Shown: in pieces, positions 1 through 13,400 of the stretch
Numbering within the stretch: the stretch's first letter is position 1
Layout of the letters: each line of letters starts with the position of its first letter
NCBI GenBank assembly: GCA_040954595.2
Contig: CM082576.2
Span: forward strand, 2,454,760 to 2,518,759
Direction of reading: 5' to 3'
DNA length: 64,000 bases
DNA from: Balanoglossus misakiensis
Lineage: Eukaryota > Animalia > Hemichordata
The notes under the pieces: generated by a model
What the model saw: only the letters and a program-made list of their open reading frames with translations
Told to the model about the DNA's origin: nothing
Databases searched by the model: none
Program-made: the position numbers and the translations under genes

Positions 1-3000
1 AATTTATCGCAAACGTTAAAAATATAACATTCAGTTCAGTATATAAGTACATCCTGGATGTAATCGTAGGTTTAAACATAGGTATACTTTTCAGACATTT
101 CATTGATATAAACCCTGTCTAAGATATTTCTCTATAATCAGGAACTTTTGAGATCAAAGCTGCTTTTCGCCATCCTGGAAGAGTGATCTCCTATTGCTAT
201 GAGAAAAAATAATTTAAAATGCTCAGTGTCTGTTATAGCTCACAGAAATGTTGCAGTGATAATTTTGTCCTAGTTAATGTACCCATCACCACTTACAAGA
301 CTACCAGTTTTCAAATAAACTGTAAATACAAACAATATATCCGCGCTGATTTGTCTTTTTTGCAGAGTGTCTTTCATCATGAATAGGCATTCAAATGACT
401 CAACCATTTCAGTAATTTGTAGCTGTCCAGCAGTGGATGGTTGATCCATGATATCAGAGGGACATAGTATTTCTATGAAGTATTTTCACTATTAAATTAA
501 GCCACTTTTCCTTGACCATGTTATCTATGGTACCCCTTGTATCAACATGACAAGAAGCCTGTGTACCAAGCAAAGTCAACAGATGGCGCCAACAGAAATT
601 GGGAAGCATTCCTATCATTTTCTGAATATACAAACGCCTCTGTCAGAAGAATTTATAATTGGTTTTGTTGCAAAGATATGGTTTGAGCATTTTTATGATG
701 TAACATCAGCTGATGTGTCTTGACAGGTTCAGACTATAGCATTCTTGTTATAAATTCTGAATTTGCTCAAAGAATCAACAATCAGATCAATACCAAGTCG
801 TGCACATAGTACATGTACACTGATGGCATCTACGGGTCTGCCACTTGACTGTACACTGCTGCCCCCTTGCAGGGAACAGAGCCAGTGTAGGGGTTATATA
901 GCTACCCCCAGCTTGTCTAGCCCAGTTTGAAGCACCTTGGGTTTACGATCAGTCAGAAGAAACACAAGGTAGACAACAAGGGCACTTTCTTCGGAGTCTA
1001 ATAGCACCTCTGCCACCTGAGGGCGTCCTCTTCTGCTTTTCGAATACACTACAGCACTTAGGCACATGTATGGAAGTTCAAAAAAAAAAAAACAACCTTG
1101 TGTATAGAAAACTAAACAGACTGCTCCTAGTTTCTCAAAACTAGTTGTTCAAATGCTGGACTTCAGAATGCAACCTAGTGATGGATTGACATGACTAAAT
1201 TCTCTACACAGATGTAGCAGATTTCACAGGAGAGAATAACAAAATCACAATCAAACACAATAGGTTTGTGAGATATCAGTTTATTATGAAATGCATATTT
1301 ATTAATATAATGCTGAGTAAAACTACGCTCATGCCAATTCATCTAAATTACAACGCTTTGCCTGAAAAACCAGCAAAACCTCCCTTCACTTCAGCATCTT
1401 TTTAAAAAAAAAAAAGGTTCTTGCAGTATTATACAGTTTTAAATTGAGAGTAAAATGTGTAGCCATTAAACACAATGGTTATGGCAGAAAATTACAGGGA
1501 TAACAATGAAGTCGGAGCTTACCTATGGGGTAAAATTGATCAACTTAGTAGGAAGAAAATGCTAAGATCAGTAATCACTTGATAATCAGAAGAAAAGACA
1601 CTGTCCTGCCCCTGAACCAAGTAGGCATTTTATGGGATGAGTTCTTTTGAGATAAAAACATGTATTATATTATCAGGTCCACAGCACAGATATTTTTGCG
1701 ATGTCCCATTTGTCTCCATGACATGACAGTGTGCAATTTCCCGGCATATTTTAAAACAATACCATCAGCCAAATATGTGCTGAAATTTTATTTAAAATTA
1801 GAAGAGCTGTTAAATCTAAAATTTGACCTTAATTGAGATACATTCTAGCTTAGATATTTTTTCACAACAAAAGTTGCCTGCATTGTTTTTAACGATATTA
1901 CTACCCCTTCATAAGATTTTATTTAAAGGATAAAATTAAACATATGCTGTTCAATTTAAGTACGTAAAGTTAACCCACTTTGTGTTTTACCCCAGTGGAA
2001 CTGGGCTAAACCCTTTCAGGGTCAGGTATTAGATGAGTGTGGTTGATGAGGTGGAAGGGTATAGTTTCACGATAGCCTGGTGGCTGTGCATTGGCTTCTT
2101 TGGCCCTCTGGAGGCCGGGAAATAACAACAGCCAACGGCAAAGGCCACTGCGCAGCTGCTGGGCTACAATAAATGCAGCCAAGTTTCACGATGACATCGA
2201 TCAAACAACTGCACACGCAGAGACAAGCATAACTTGTTCTCAGGCTGATTTTCTTCAAAGCAAAGTTTCCTCTGCGTCATTCTTTCTGTTCTTGTAAGAT
2301 CTGTACGAACACCACTTTGGTGAGCTGACTTTCTCAAGTTCCAGTGGATAATGTGTCATTATTAAATAGTAACTGCAGGTCTCTTATTGAAAATACTGCA
2401 AAATGCATTTAAAATATAAATATGCTGACATCAGTGTAAGTGGTTTATCCCCATTTTCATTAAATGTTCTTTCCTGCAGAGGTCATTAACAACCAAGTTT
2501 GTCATACACAAAACAATACCCCCCTTCCTAACCATTATTAAAAACAATGCCAAGGTCAGCCATTCAATTCAGACTAAAAATGAAAGGAAACATCCATCTT
2601 CTCAATGATGTCTGCAATAGAAGTGTGCAGTGACTGTGCACACATCAACAAATCTGAATCATAGATTTGCTAGTTACTTCTTGGGATAAAAAAACATCCG
2701 GGATGTTAATTTCAGCCTTCAAGATGCAAAAAAGCTTTCATACTGGCATTGGATGTACACATGGATAAGAAATTCATAATTTGTCCATATCTACCATCTC
2801 GTTTTTTATGCTATCCCAGATACTGAAGTCCGTAATGACTTCAACTTTGAATAAGTATGCACCATTTTGAAAATAATGTGGTATACAGAATATCTAAAAT
2901 TGATTTTCTTTCTGATTGACACCGAATTGTGACATCAAACTATTATTTGGATCAAGCTATGTGTTTCTGCCTGTGATACACCAACTAAGAAATGTGGTTT

Positions 3001-4473
3001 CTTGTATTGCACAATTCAAGGACTGTCTGGTAGTTCTGTGGACAAGGTGGCTTGGCGTTTTCAGTTTCATAATGGGCAGGCTTTTAGATAAAAAAACTGT
3101 TACGAGTTAAAAACTATACCTGTGAAATACATTGCATTAAAAGGAAATTTTAAAAAGGCACTATTTTGCTGATCTTGTGATGTGATGCCAATACACCCAC
3201 ATTGCAACTTAACTGTGCAAAATCTGAAATAAATTTCAAGTCACCAAAACGTAACTCCCTTTCTGTAGTTGTCCTCATGAGGGCGCTGTACCATTCCAGA
3301 CACAGCCCAATTCAAAATCGGACACGTCAAACACCCATTAGTAAACAATCATTTACAGGCCATAAGCCAAGTTTTCTAAGGCCTGAAGAACTTCAGAATT
3401 TCCTTTCTATGGAAAACTAATCAAGATGAGTAATTCTGAAGGACTGCCAAATCAAAGGCCTGGCAGAAAGCATGAAATGTTAGGCGAGTTATTTATCTTG
3501 TTTTATTATAAAGTTATTAGTCAAAAAATATAACTTATATCGGCTATGCTGGAGGACTGATTTTGAAAGCATACAATTCATCAGATCATGACTGTAAAAT
3601 TTTGTTCGTATTTCTATACCATTTATGATAAAATATGACGCTATGAGAGATTACTTGGAAAAAAAGCATCATTAAGATGCAGTGCACCATTGTCCATATT
3701 TTATCCAAAAATTAATGGGGCAATTTATGTATTTTTTTTTTCCAATCTTCATTAACTACTAACTATTTTTTTTCAACATCCATGTGGTTTTTCCATCTTT
3801 GTTTCTATGAAGGAAGCACTCCACAACCTTATTACTACAGACCACATTTTGTCTATCTAATATTCTATCGCATATTCAAGTCTAGTTTTTGTATTGAGGA
3901 AGACTTCACGTAGTGCTATTCAGAGTTGTTCCTTCCCACTCTTTTAAAAATAAAGAATCATCGCAGAATGCAGCAGCATCAGCACGTAACAGCATACACA
4001 AGTTGAGTATAAATGACTTTACATACTATACACTGTTTAACCATCTTTCCTTTTTTTTTCATTTTCATTTTTGACCCAAATGATTTTCAAAGTGAGTTTT
4101 TAACAATAAAAATATCACTGGATAAATATTCTTATGTAGCACGCGCACTGGAAACTTGTCCTGTGTTTGACTGCATTTAGCAACCATGTCTCCAGGCCAT
4201 GCTGGTTTTTTTGTCAAGTCTTTTTGTGTATTGCTGTCGTACCAATCTAATACAGCAATCCTCTACAATTATCATCCTATAAAACTAGCAAGACTAGCTA
4301 CCAAATACATCCCCCAAAATGGAATGGTACAATCCATGGAACGGTTTAACGCGGGGGGTTTGAGGGGGTGGCAAGGTCATCATGCAGCCTCACTACTTTC
4401 GGTCGCTTTCTTTTTTAACACTACAAAAAGTCCTGCAACTGAAGCCAGGCTTTTGGCAGCAGTGCGGGGGTTT

Positions 4474-7400
4474 TCACATCCATCCGCCGGTCAATTTGTG
4501 GAAAAGCTCTTCGTTGAGAGTCTGGTTTTGATCCTTGGATCGCATGGAGAGGAAGATGTATCCACCAATGTATTCGTGGATGACTTTGCAGTCAGCGCTG
4601 AGACAACCAAAGTGGATGTTTTCGTCTTCCATCTGCACGATGACTTCCCTCACTTCCCAGTTGACGTGCCAGGCGGTCATTGTGCTGTACCTCCAAGTGG
4701 CTTTAGAGTCACCGTTGCTTGGGTCCATTTTGATCAAGCGGTTGTAGCAGACGCCAAGTAGATCCTATTGCATGAGGAGAACAGAGACACAGCAAAATCA
4801 GATCAGGGAAAAGGAGGGGAAATCTAGGTGTCATTGTCAGCATACAAGGAAGTAAAGATTCCTGGACAAAAGTTCCTCTTAGATTAAAACTAATCAATCA
4901 CAATAAATTTCACAAAGTAACAGTTCTCAGCACGGCATGAGAAAACTGGACTCACCTCTTTCTTTGAGTTCCTAAACCTGACAATGAAGTAAGTGACACC
5001 ATATTCTGGCAGTGCTTGCCAAGCTTCGATGTAACTCATCTTGGCCTTCAGTAGGCCCATGTCTCTCACATTGGCGTGGCCCTCTAAAATGCGACTGGCA
5101 ATCTGTATGGGAGGAGGGGCGTAACAACATCAGTGCATTGGTATTGTACAAGAAACATAAAAAGAAAGACTCTCACACAGCAATGACACCTCCCCAATAG
5201 GTGGCAACAGAGATAACACTAAAATCAAAGCCATACTCATTTCACACTTTTTTAGACTACATGTACATATATTTAGCAACAGCCATTGAAACATAAATTC
5301 TCTTTATGTAAATACTAGTATAACTGTAAATTAAATAGTCAACTTGATTATAACAGGATTTCCTTTCTAGGAACGGCATGAGTGAAGTCTCGTACCTGTT
5401 TTGTTTTGAATTTCTTGATATATCTGGGACTGACAAAGTCCTCAACTTGGATGTCTACAGAGTCCGGACTGACGGTGGCCGCGGCCGCCTTCCTCTGCTG
5501 CATGCTGAGGAAGGCAAGAATGCTTTGAACCTCGGCTTCGTACGAACTATCGGCCATTGTCTTGCCTTTAGACGCCAGTCTGCAAGCAGCCATCCACATG
5601 GCGTATTGGTTTTCCTGCATGGTAAAATACAAACAGAGGATGAGAGTTTGTTTGACGATTATTCATGCAATGTGAGATAACACTGTTTAGGCAACAAATA
5701 GCGGTTCATAAGTACAGTAAGCACTTGGACTGGCGGTAGTTGACCATTCCGGACATTTACAAAATTAAACATTGTTTGAGAGCTCAGATTAAGTAGGCTT
5801 TTCCATTATTGGTTTACGGTTTGCGTGGGCAAGGACGTATAAACAAGCTGATGTAAAATGCCTAGCAACACGACATTATTTGCACAATTTTTCGGCTTGT
5901 TTCACTTTCCATCAGTCAGCTGGATGATAATATCTCTGAGAAATGAACTCACGCCATCACATCGTATCATGAATTCATGCATTCCCTCTGGAGATGGAAT
6001 CATCAATTTCATGCCAAACTTGTTATTGCTGATATTCACGTCTGGGGTGACTTCACAACCTGAAATAAGATAAAAATCAGAGTTTAATGAAGCTGCCCTT
6101 CCAATGTTTTGGGCGATTTAATCACTGTGTCTCCGCCTGCTATAAACATTACGTCCTATCATGCCGTATCAAATAGCCAGACTATTAAAGACAGGCGTTA
6201 TTATAACCAGGCTTGAAATCAATAACCGCACCAGGATATCAAATACAGGATGCATGACACAATGGCTAACCCCTCAACATCCTGATCAAATGCTACACCG
6301 CACATTATACCCCACCATTCCATTCCCACCCCATCCCGTCCCGTCCAAGGACTCGAAATTCTGAAATTCCAGTTTTTCACTTTCCAACCTCGTAGAAATG
6401 CCAATCATCTTTTTAATGGCATATACAGTTCTTGAGGCCACACAGACACATATATTACGCCATTATTAATACCATAAAATATGTTTACATAGAAAGTTGC
6501 GTTTGAGAGTGGATAGTGTTTCTTGAACTAGTCAGCACAGTGTGAATGCCACAGACTCTAGAGTCAATGACTTCTCTGATTGAAACAGCTTGTATGGTTT
6601 CCCCGTAAGGTCGATGCACTTCACACTTTTCCTGTCTGCTGGTGATTTCTTACACTTTGATTGAACTTTACTCAAGAAATATCTTTCAATTGAGTCAAGT
6701 TGTGAAGGTTTCTAAGTCATAACAACTAGATGAGACTGACAAAAAGAACATGTCACTGGAAAGGTGAGCACAGTCCCGATACAAATGCGAGAACAATTTT
6801 TAGACCACGCACCTTTCAAGTTGATTTTCTGCATTGGCGAACCGTTAGTATCTTCATGGCTCTTGTAGTAACACATGTGGGTGTCTCTGAACACAAACCA
6901 GTATTTCTTGAAACCTTTCAGGGTAAGCTTCTTGGGCCTGCACAAGTGGTACAAAGAAAAATTTGAATCAGCTGTGATGATTGTGGGTTGTAGGTCTCCG
7001 ACAGACTGACATGGCATTCCTGTAAAACTGAGAGGGAACAATGGTTTCATACTTACTTTAGAAACCTGAGATAATTTGCCAGCTCTGGAACATTGGTTAT
7101 ATCTCCCTGCAATCAAAGACAAGAATTCAGTCACTTAGTCGATTCATCAAGAACTTAACTTCAAAGAAATATTAGTAATGAAAAAGTGTTAACTATGGTG
7201 AAGATTGAGCAGATCACATGAGCTCTCCATGCCTGAACTAGACATGGGCAGAGTAAAATAAGCAACAAACCAGCAGGTTTGATTAATTAACCCTTTCATC
7301 CCCGGTTCCCTCTTTAGAGTTCCAACCTTACCATAGAAAACAATGGATTTGGATTGAACCATAGAGGTGAAAGGGTATTAAAGGGTAGTTCACTCACCTG

Positions 7401-10400
7401 TGCTGTGGATATTGATGTACCTTCTAAGGAGACCTGTAAATCAGTCAATGCAGCATCAATATCATCGCCTCCTCCTCCGCTACCCAGACCACCACCTGGG
7501 CCATCCACTGAGGTGTCTGTCTGTGGCACTTGACACTGCAGGTTGACTTGAAGCTAATGGACAAAAAGAGAGAGAGAAACTCTATGTTACAAACCAAGCC
7601 AGCAATGCAGAAAGATGATCAGTAACTTCACATGTATTTAAACAAAGCTGATGTGTGTCACATACACAATACTAGACAAATCAGTGTGGTCTGTGAACTG
7701 AATTTTCAGGTTAACCACAAGACTGTAGGATAGGCTCTCTTACACAAGGCTAGGACTGATTTCTATGCAACAGAGCTACATGTAGGATGACTCCCAAATG
7801 ACAATCAACAAACTAACAACGAGCTCACGGAAAAGACAAATGAGTTTTGTACAATCTACAAAAACAATCAAGTTTCTCCTACATAGCTATTTGAGCTCAA
7901 CCTACAAACTCATGATCTTCTGTGCATGGAACACCGAGAGATGCGTATGCTATATCACACAGATTTGTTCTAGATTCCCCTACCTGCAATGCTGCGAACA
8001 TCATGGCCTCTTCTTCCGTGCACTCCACTTCTTCCATCAAGATCATCCATCTGGCTTGCTCGTAGATTTGGTTGATGCGCACCTGGTCAATCCTGGGGTC
8101 CAGGTCGTAGAAGGCAAAGTATTTGAACCTCAGCAAGATGACATCGTTCTCCCGGAATCCTTGCTCCATCAATGACCTGGAGGAATCCAGCCATCTGGAT
8201 GATGGGAAAATGGGTCACATTAGAATAACCAGCATAAGCAGTTAAGAGTTTTGATTCCACTACTAAAATAGAGTTAAATTTCCTCTTGTGTATTGACCGA
8301 GATTTAAGTGCATGCCACGATAGTGTTTACAGATCTTTAGACAGCAGATTTTATTTTTAGAATTCTGTGTGAATTAATTTGACAGCTTGCATACTGAAAG
8401 ATGCCAAGGTCCGGATCTTGAGATAAGATTGAACTGTGACAGTTCCCCTTACGGAGTTGACATAAGTGGTCATGTGTTTCATGGACGTTTTTACTTACCC
8501 TCCATTGATGATTGCTTTCTCTCTGAGTGTTTTGGGTTTGAAGATACCCTCCAGCGCGTGTGGTGTGGGTGTTTGCGGGCTCATAGTAAGAGAGGGACCC
8601 ATGACGCCTAGGGAGTCGCCATAACTGGAGAGACTCATGGACATGGGACTGCCAGTGCTTCCATTTGTGCCTGCGTAGCTGCTTGTTCCTTTATTCCTGG
8701 GCGTTGTCTGGTAGAACACGGCAGTCTCGTTTAGCGTTGAGGGGTGGTATATAAACCCTTGGCTGCTTGGTGGCAAGGGGTACTGGCTGTAGCTTCCCGG
8801 CGACCACGTCTGATGGCCGGACATCACTGGTGTGCTGTGCCCCCTTGGGTGGTGCTGCGCCGCAGGGGATGAGTGCATTGGGGAGTGGGGTGCAATTCCG
8901 TCCACACTGCCCTGTGAGCCACCTTCCAGGCTGTTGTTTGATGCCACCGATTCTCGGTCCGATTTCTCCTTCTTCTTTTTTCGGAGACTTCCAGTGTTCT
9001 TTCCATTGCGTTTGTATCTGTCATCTCTGCGTCTGAGAAATGATAGCTCTTCCGGATGTCTTATGTCTGTTTAGGGGTGGGGAAGAAAAGCACAAGAGTG
9101 GCTTAGTAACACAGGTATACAAAAACAAGACAGTTAATTAAATGCTACTTAACACCAGATAATTTTTAGTGAGGGTTCAGCTTCCGCATACAGGGGAATA
9201 ATTAAATGTCAAACAAAGGCGCAAGGGACGACAGTCCATCATCTTACAATGCAAGCAAAGACAATTCATGTGAACTCTAGGAATGCGATATAAATTACAG
9301 CACTGAGCTCAGATGACCCAGGGTGATTCTAAGCAGTTCTTGTCTGCATAACGAGGCATGGAAAATCCATTTTCACAGACACTGCAGCAGCAGAGATGCT
9401 GAAAATAAACATCTGTGGCAATACTGGACTGTTACATGTAGCTAGACTTCCAGAGGCCAACCTAGATGACCCCCCCCCCCCTCTTTTTTGACTTGTCCGG
9501 CATGTCAACAAGTCCACATGTAGCCGGATAGACAGACTGCCGACAGACTTATCGCTTGGAAATTAACCACCCCTGGAAATAATTGATGGAAAACAACTTA
9601 ATGACATGGGAATGTTTTTGGCTCTGTGCAGTGCTGATGCCTGGTTGTAATACTACGGCTGTATCTAAAACCTGGACTGGACTCATGGACTGGACTCGTG
9701 GACTGGACTGGATTTCAAATTTTTGATTTCTCACTTGAAAATGAGTCTGAGTCTACAAGTCCAGTCCCAGTTCACAATTATGATGACACAGACACTTGAA
9801 ATTAGATAATTTATGTAAATGATACAGTCTTTAATTACCTTAGTCAGTGGTGAGTCCCTAAAGATAGCATGCCTCACAGCAGGTCATGTACATGTAACTT
9901 ATTATTACTTTTAGGGACCGTTCAGTTTTTACGGCTGGGGGCGGCAAAATCCAGGGGGGGGGGGGTCACTTTTTCTAATGTGGGAGGGGGACACCCATTC
10001 CCACACCCACCCCATCCATTCTTCGCCACATCTAGAGTACCAGGGCAGAATACTTGCCATCCCACCCCCACTCATGTTAACTTTGAGTGGCAAAAGTGAA
10101 ATATGTCCTCCCTAACATTGACTTCATTTGCTTTTGGGTACACTAAAATGCAACTTTGAGCACCATATTTTACAAAATTGTCTTATGTGGGAGGGGGACA
10201 CCACCTCCCACTTTTCTTGTTTTACCAATTCTAGCAACTATCGTATTGACTTGTCATTTTTAATTATTCTTAGATTTCTTTACTGCTACGATAAACTATT
10301 ATATACTTCAATTCTAAATTTCTTTACGAAATTTATGATTGAGGTGTGAGGAGCCTCTTTCCTTTTATTGTATACAGTGGACTCACCACTGACTTAAGGT

Positions 10401-13400
10401 AATTAAAGACTGTATCATTTACATAAATTATGTAATTTAAAGTGTCTGTGTCATCATAATTGTGAACTGGGACTGGACTTGTAGACTCAGACTCATTTTC
10501 AAGTGAGAAATCAAAAATTTGAAATCCAGTCCAGTCCGCGAGTCCAGTCCATGAGTCCAGTCCACGAGTCCAGTCCATGAGTCCAGTCCAGGTTTTAGAT
10601 ACAGCCGTAATACTACACCACTGAAATGCAACATGCACATGCTGACAACTATTAACCACTAATTAACAGCGGGACTAATTGGATAAGTATGGGCCAATTA
10701 ATCCACACCTCATTCTGGGGACACACAAAAAAGGAAGGCAATCCAATTCAAAAAGTAACCGACATTGTTTTGTACACGGTTGTCATTTTGTATGTTGTTG
10801 ATAAAAAAATACCCTCATGAAGAATTACACTGCCTAGAGCAGTGTATGGAACATACTGCCTACGCATACACCAAAACAGGAATGGATTTATGGTAATTTA
10901 CTGCCAATTCTGTTAACTTTGACCCCAGTGGAATAGATTTTACCTGCTGACAGGCAAGATTCTGTGGGTGAGGATTTAGCCCAACTTATTCACAAGAAAA
11001 CTATTATGCCAATTTTATATTAATGACTTTATTACAAGTGTTGTTTGGTTGAATGATTTATGACTCTGTTTACCACAGTAGTCATTATACTGAACCACAA
11101 CTGTAAACGTTGATGAGAATTTTTTTTTAATTCAGAAAACTGAATAGTTCAATTTGAGCACAATTTTTAGGGCATAATTTCCTTTCATCATAGTCTCTGA
11201 TGGATGGCTGCAAACAGTTGGCTTATGACCTGTTTGGCATGCATCAATTGCATAATGACATGTTCAGTTTATAAAGTTGTGAGGTTAGAAAAAAAGCAAG
11301 TGGACTTTTCTGGGTCACACAGTGTTCCTTATTCACACACATGTAACCATTTGTAAGCTAAGATGCCAAGCTGCCTTGTGTCAGCTGTTAACTGTGGTTG
11401 ACAGAAAGACCTCATCCATGAAAAGTGACCCCAGGGCTGTTCGTTAAGGAATCGCGAAGTTGAAGTGCAAATTTATTCATGCATGACGATAATGTCGGCA
11501 AGTGCATCTCACAGATTTGGCAGTGGGAGGGGGTGGCAGGTAACATTATGGCTGCCCCCTCCCCCCTCCCCCCAAAAGGGGGAGGGAAGAGACGCCCTTT
11601 ACGGTCACACTTTGATACTTCTTGAATTCTAAAAATACCTTTCAGACAGACGAGGCCATAAAAATTCCAGATAATAAACAGAGAAAGGCGAAGAGGTCAC
11701 GGCATATGCTTCAAGGCACTCTCCGTACAAGTGAAACTTTTACAGTGACCATACATTATCCCAACACCAGTTGTCTTGTGATAGCCAGGAGGTATTTGTT
11801 GAAATGTATCTGGGGCTCCGACTTGTTGCATGGCCAAAGTGATTAACACAGGGTCAAACAACCACAGAGAATGACTGCAGTGTTTATTAAACAATGACAG
11901 CCAAAAGATTTCTTTTATTGCACGGCAGATAAACAGAGCTGCCATATCTCTGCCCTTTTCATTCAAGAGGAAATCGCCGATTATTTTTCAACAGCGGCTT
12001 TGGAATTTGAAGTATGGGTTAGGAATGGCCGTGGTATTCAACTTGGCAGAGTGATCAGCCTCGTACAAAAGGACACAGCGGTGTTTTTGAGTGTGGTCAG
12101 CTCGGTTCTGGCAGAGTTGGCAGAAATAGTGACGCTCTTCATCCCTGGCTGACAGTCTCCATACCACACAGTGTGTGTACAAATTGGCATTCAACCACTT
12201 CACAAGAAAAGGCCGCCAGCATTGACATTTTCGAGATACTTCTATAGGCACCTATATCAGAACCTTGATTCGATGTGTGGTTGTCCAGAAGTTTTTGCTA
12301 AATTCTACCAGCATCTTTCAAAATCTGAGGTGTCACAATTTTTCCTACATTTGTACTTCACTATCAATGACACTGTACGACCGTAGCTTCAACCTGCACG
12401 TCAAAATACGCTGACTAAGCCATTAAATATTACTGGGGGACTGAAGGGTTTTCAAGAAGTAGTACCATCTGTGGCTTCGTATAAAATCCCACAGCAAACA
12501 ACACAAGCCTGCAACAGTGGTACTTCAATTCCGGTCTTAAAACTCTCTCTCTCTCAGACAGATGAACTGATGTATATGTATGTATGCTAATACATTTAAT
12601 TCCACATGTGTTAGGCCTTACAAAATGAACCTAAGTGCGGGAGAAATTTACGAGGACTACAGATTTTGGTCCAAAATGGGTGGCAGTAATTGGGATTGTA
12701 TAAATCAAACTACACACCATGACACATTCGCCTGCTCTGTGCTGTTGGTACTGACTGGGCCCACTTCAGCTCTACAAGAGTGATATCACCAATACACATT
12801 TGTGTTTGCACATGTACAGTTATTATACACACTAAAGCACTAGACCAGCGCTTGGCAATTAATGGGAAATTTTACAGTTGGCAAGTAGAGCTGGGACTGC
12901 CTGCTGTACCTGCAGAGAATATTTCACAAGTTCACCAAAGCAGACTACCTTCACGCGAGCTTGGAACAAATTCATTGATTGAACAGCGCTGCTGTCAACG
13001 GGTGTTATCACTGATCAAGAGAATTGCTCAAACTATGAGTCAGACCAGTCCCAGCACAAAACATGATGCAGGCATGGGAGTGTATAGGCCACACCAAAAG
13101 AACACTCCCACTTCTTTGTCTGGTTGACTAAATTAGAGTTGAGAGAAGGGAAATGATTGTAAAAGGATCTGTATTTGCCAACGCTGTCACATGACAGACA
13201 AACCTTAGGTTTAATTTTGTACCAATCTTTCCCTTTTTAACTAGTTAGATTCCCAGCATGACACAACTGCTCTATGTGGAATAAATCTACATTGCTGTAC
13301 ATTTGACAAATACGACATACGTACATACACCGGCTGGCTGCACTTCCGACCCTCGTCTATTGTGTGTTATGGCCTAGATTCTTGGCTTTTGTGTGTTGGT

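Noticed and set aside
1-4473. Gene-free region downstream of kindlin
   Set aside because: Probably long 3' UTR and intergenic DNA; no supportable feature.
4660-4690. Kindlin F3 has AW instead of the vertebrate integrin-binding QW
   Set aside because: Invertebrate kindlins commonly vary at the Gln while keeping the Trp; not unusual.
4186-4761. 191-aa plus-strand ORF
   Set aside because: Antisense shadow of the kindlin last exon; no recognisable motifs.
9670-9715. Short GGACT(CATGG) repeats, also at 10525-10592, resembling a CRISPR-like array
   Set aside because: No unique spacers and eukaryotic context; they are internal repeats of the transposon arms.
10333-10659. 108-aa ORF with WTGL repeats
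   Set aside because: Translation of the transposon's tandem repeats.
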